A stretch of 60,994 bases of DNA, counting the filler, from Basidiobolus meristosporus CBS 931.73 (taxonomy: Eukaryota > Fungi > Basidiobolomycota), in assembly GCA_002104905.1 (NCBI GenBank). It is 4 parts of 4 records of this genome, joined end to end, with 100 filler letters (N's around TTAATTAATTAA, not from the genome) between each part and the next. Parts side by side here need not be neighbours in the genome. Positions count along the whole stretch, not along the records: positions 36,557 to 60,994 come from MCFE01000949.1; 3 more parts are not named here. One strand, given 5' to 3'. This document shows, one piece after another, positions 60,955-60,994 of this stretch. The position numbers and the translations under genes are program-made. Within the stretch, counting starts at the first letter, position 1, and each line of letters begins with the position of its first letter. The notes under the pieces are model-generated. The model saw nothing but the letters and a program-made list of their open reading frames with translations, searched no databases and was not told the DNA's origin.

Positions 60955-60994
60955 GATTCGCCATTTATGTCGATAATATCTGCTTCTACCATTT

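Overview
Eukaryotic genomic DNA, most likely from an early-diverging fungus. This is an inference from the gene content, a GT-AG intron with a CTAAC branch point, and Copia/Gypsy elements. There are three zones. (1) 1-10.5 kb: four intronless genes - a BCS1-like AAA ATPase, a bacterial-type phosphodiester glycosidase (NAGPA/DUF2233-like), an unknown membrane protein, and a secreted GPI-type protein with an H-x6-D (M15/LAS-like) motif. (2) About 10.7-45.5 kb: a CpG-depleted transposon island interrupted by two 100-nt scaffold gaps, with a third gap at its left edge. It is dominated by one Ty1/Copia family (348-349 bp LTRs, half-tRNAiMet PBS) that repeatedly inserts into its own copies. It also holds a Ty3/Gypsy element, a second Copia family, a G-rich solo LTR, an AIG1-type GTPase pseudogene and a 3.1 kb TIR-bounded DDE_Tnp_4 (PHIS-type) DNA transposon with an AAT target duplication and a divergent second ORF. 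(3) 46-61 kb: a small two-exon orphan gene and a tandem array of six intronless bacterial-like APC/CAT amino-acid permeases (five intact, one mosaic pseudogene). No rRNA, tRNA or CRISPR array was seen. All family assignments come from motifs read by eye; no database searches were run.
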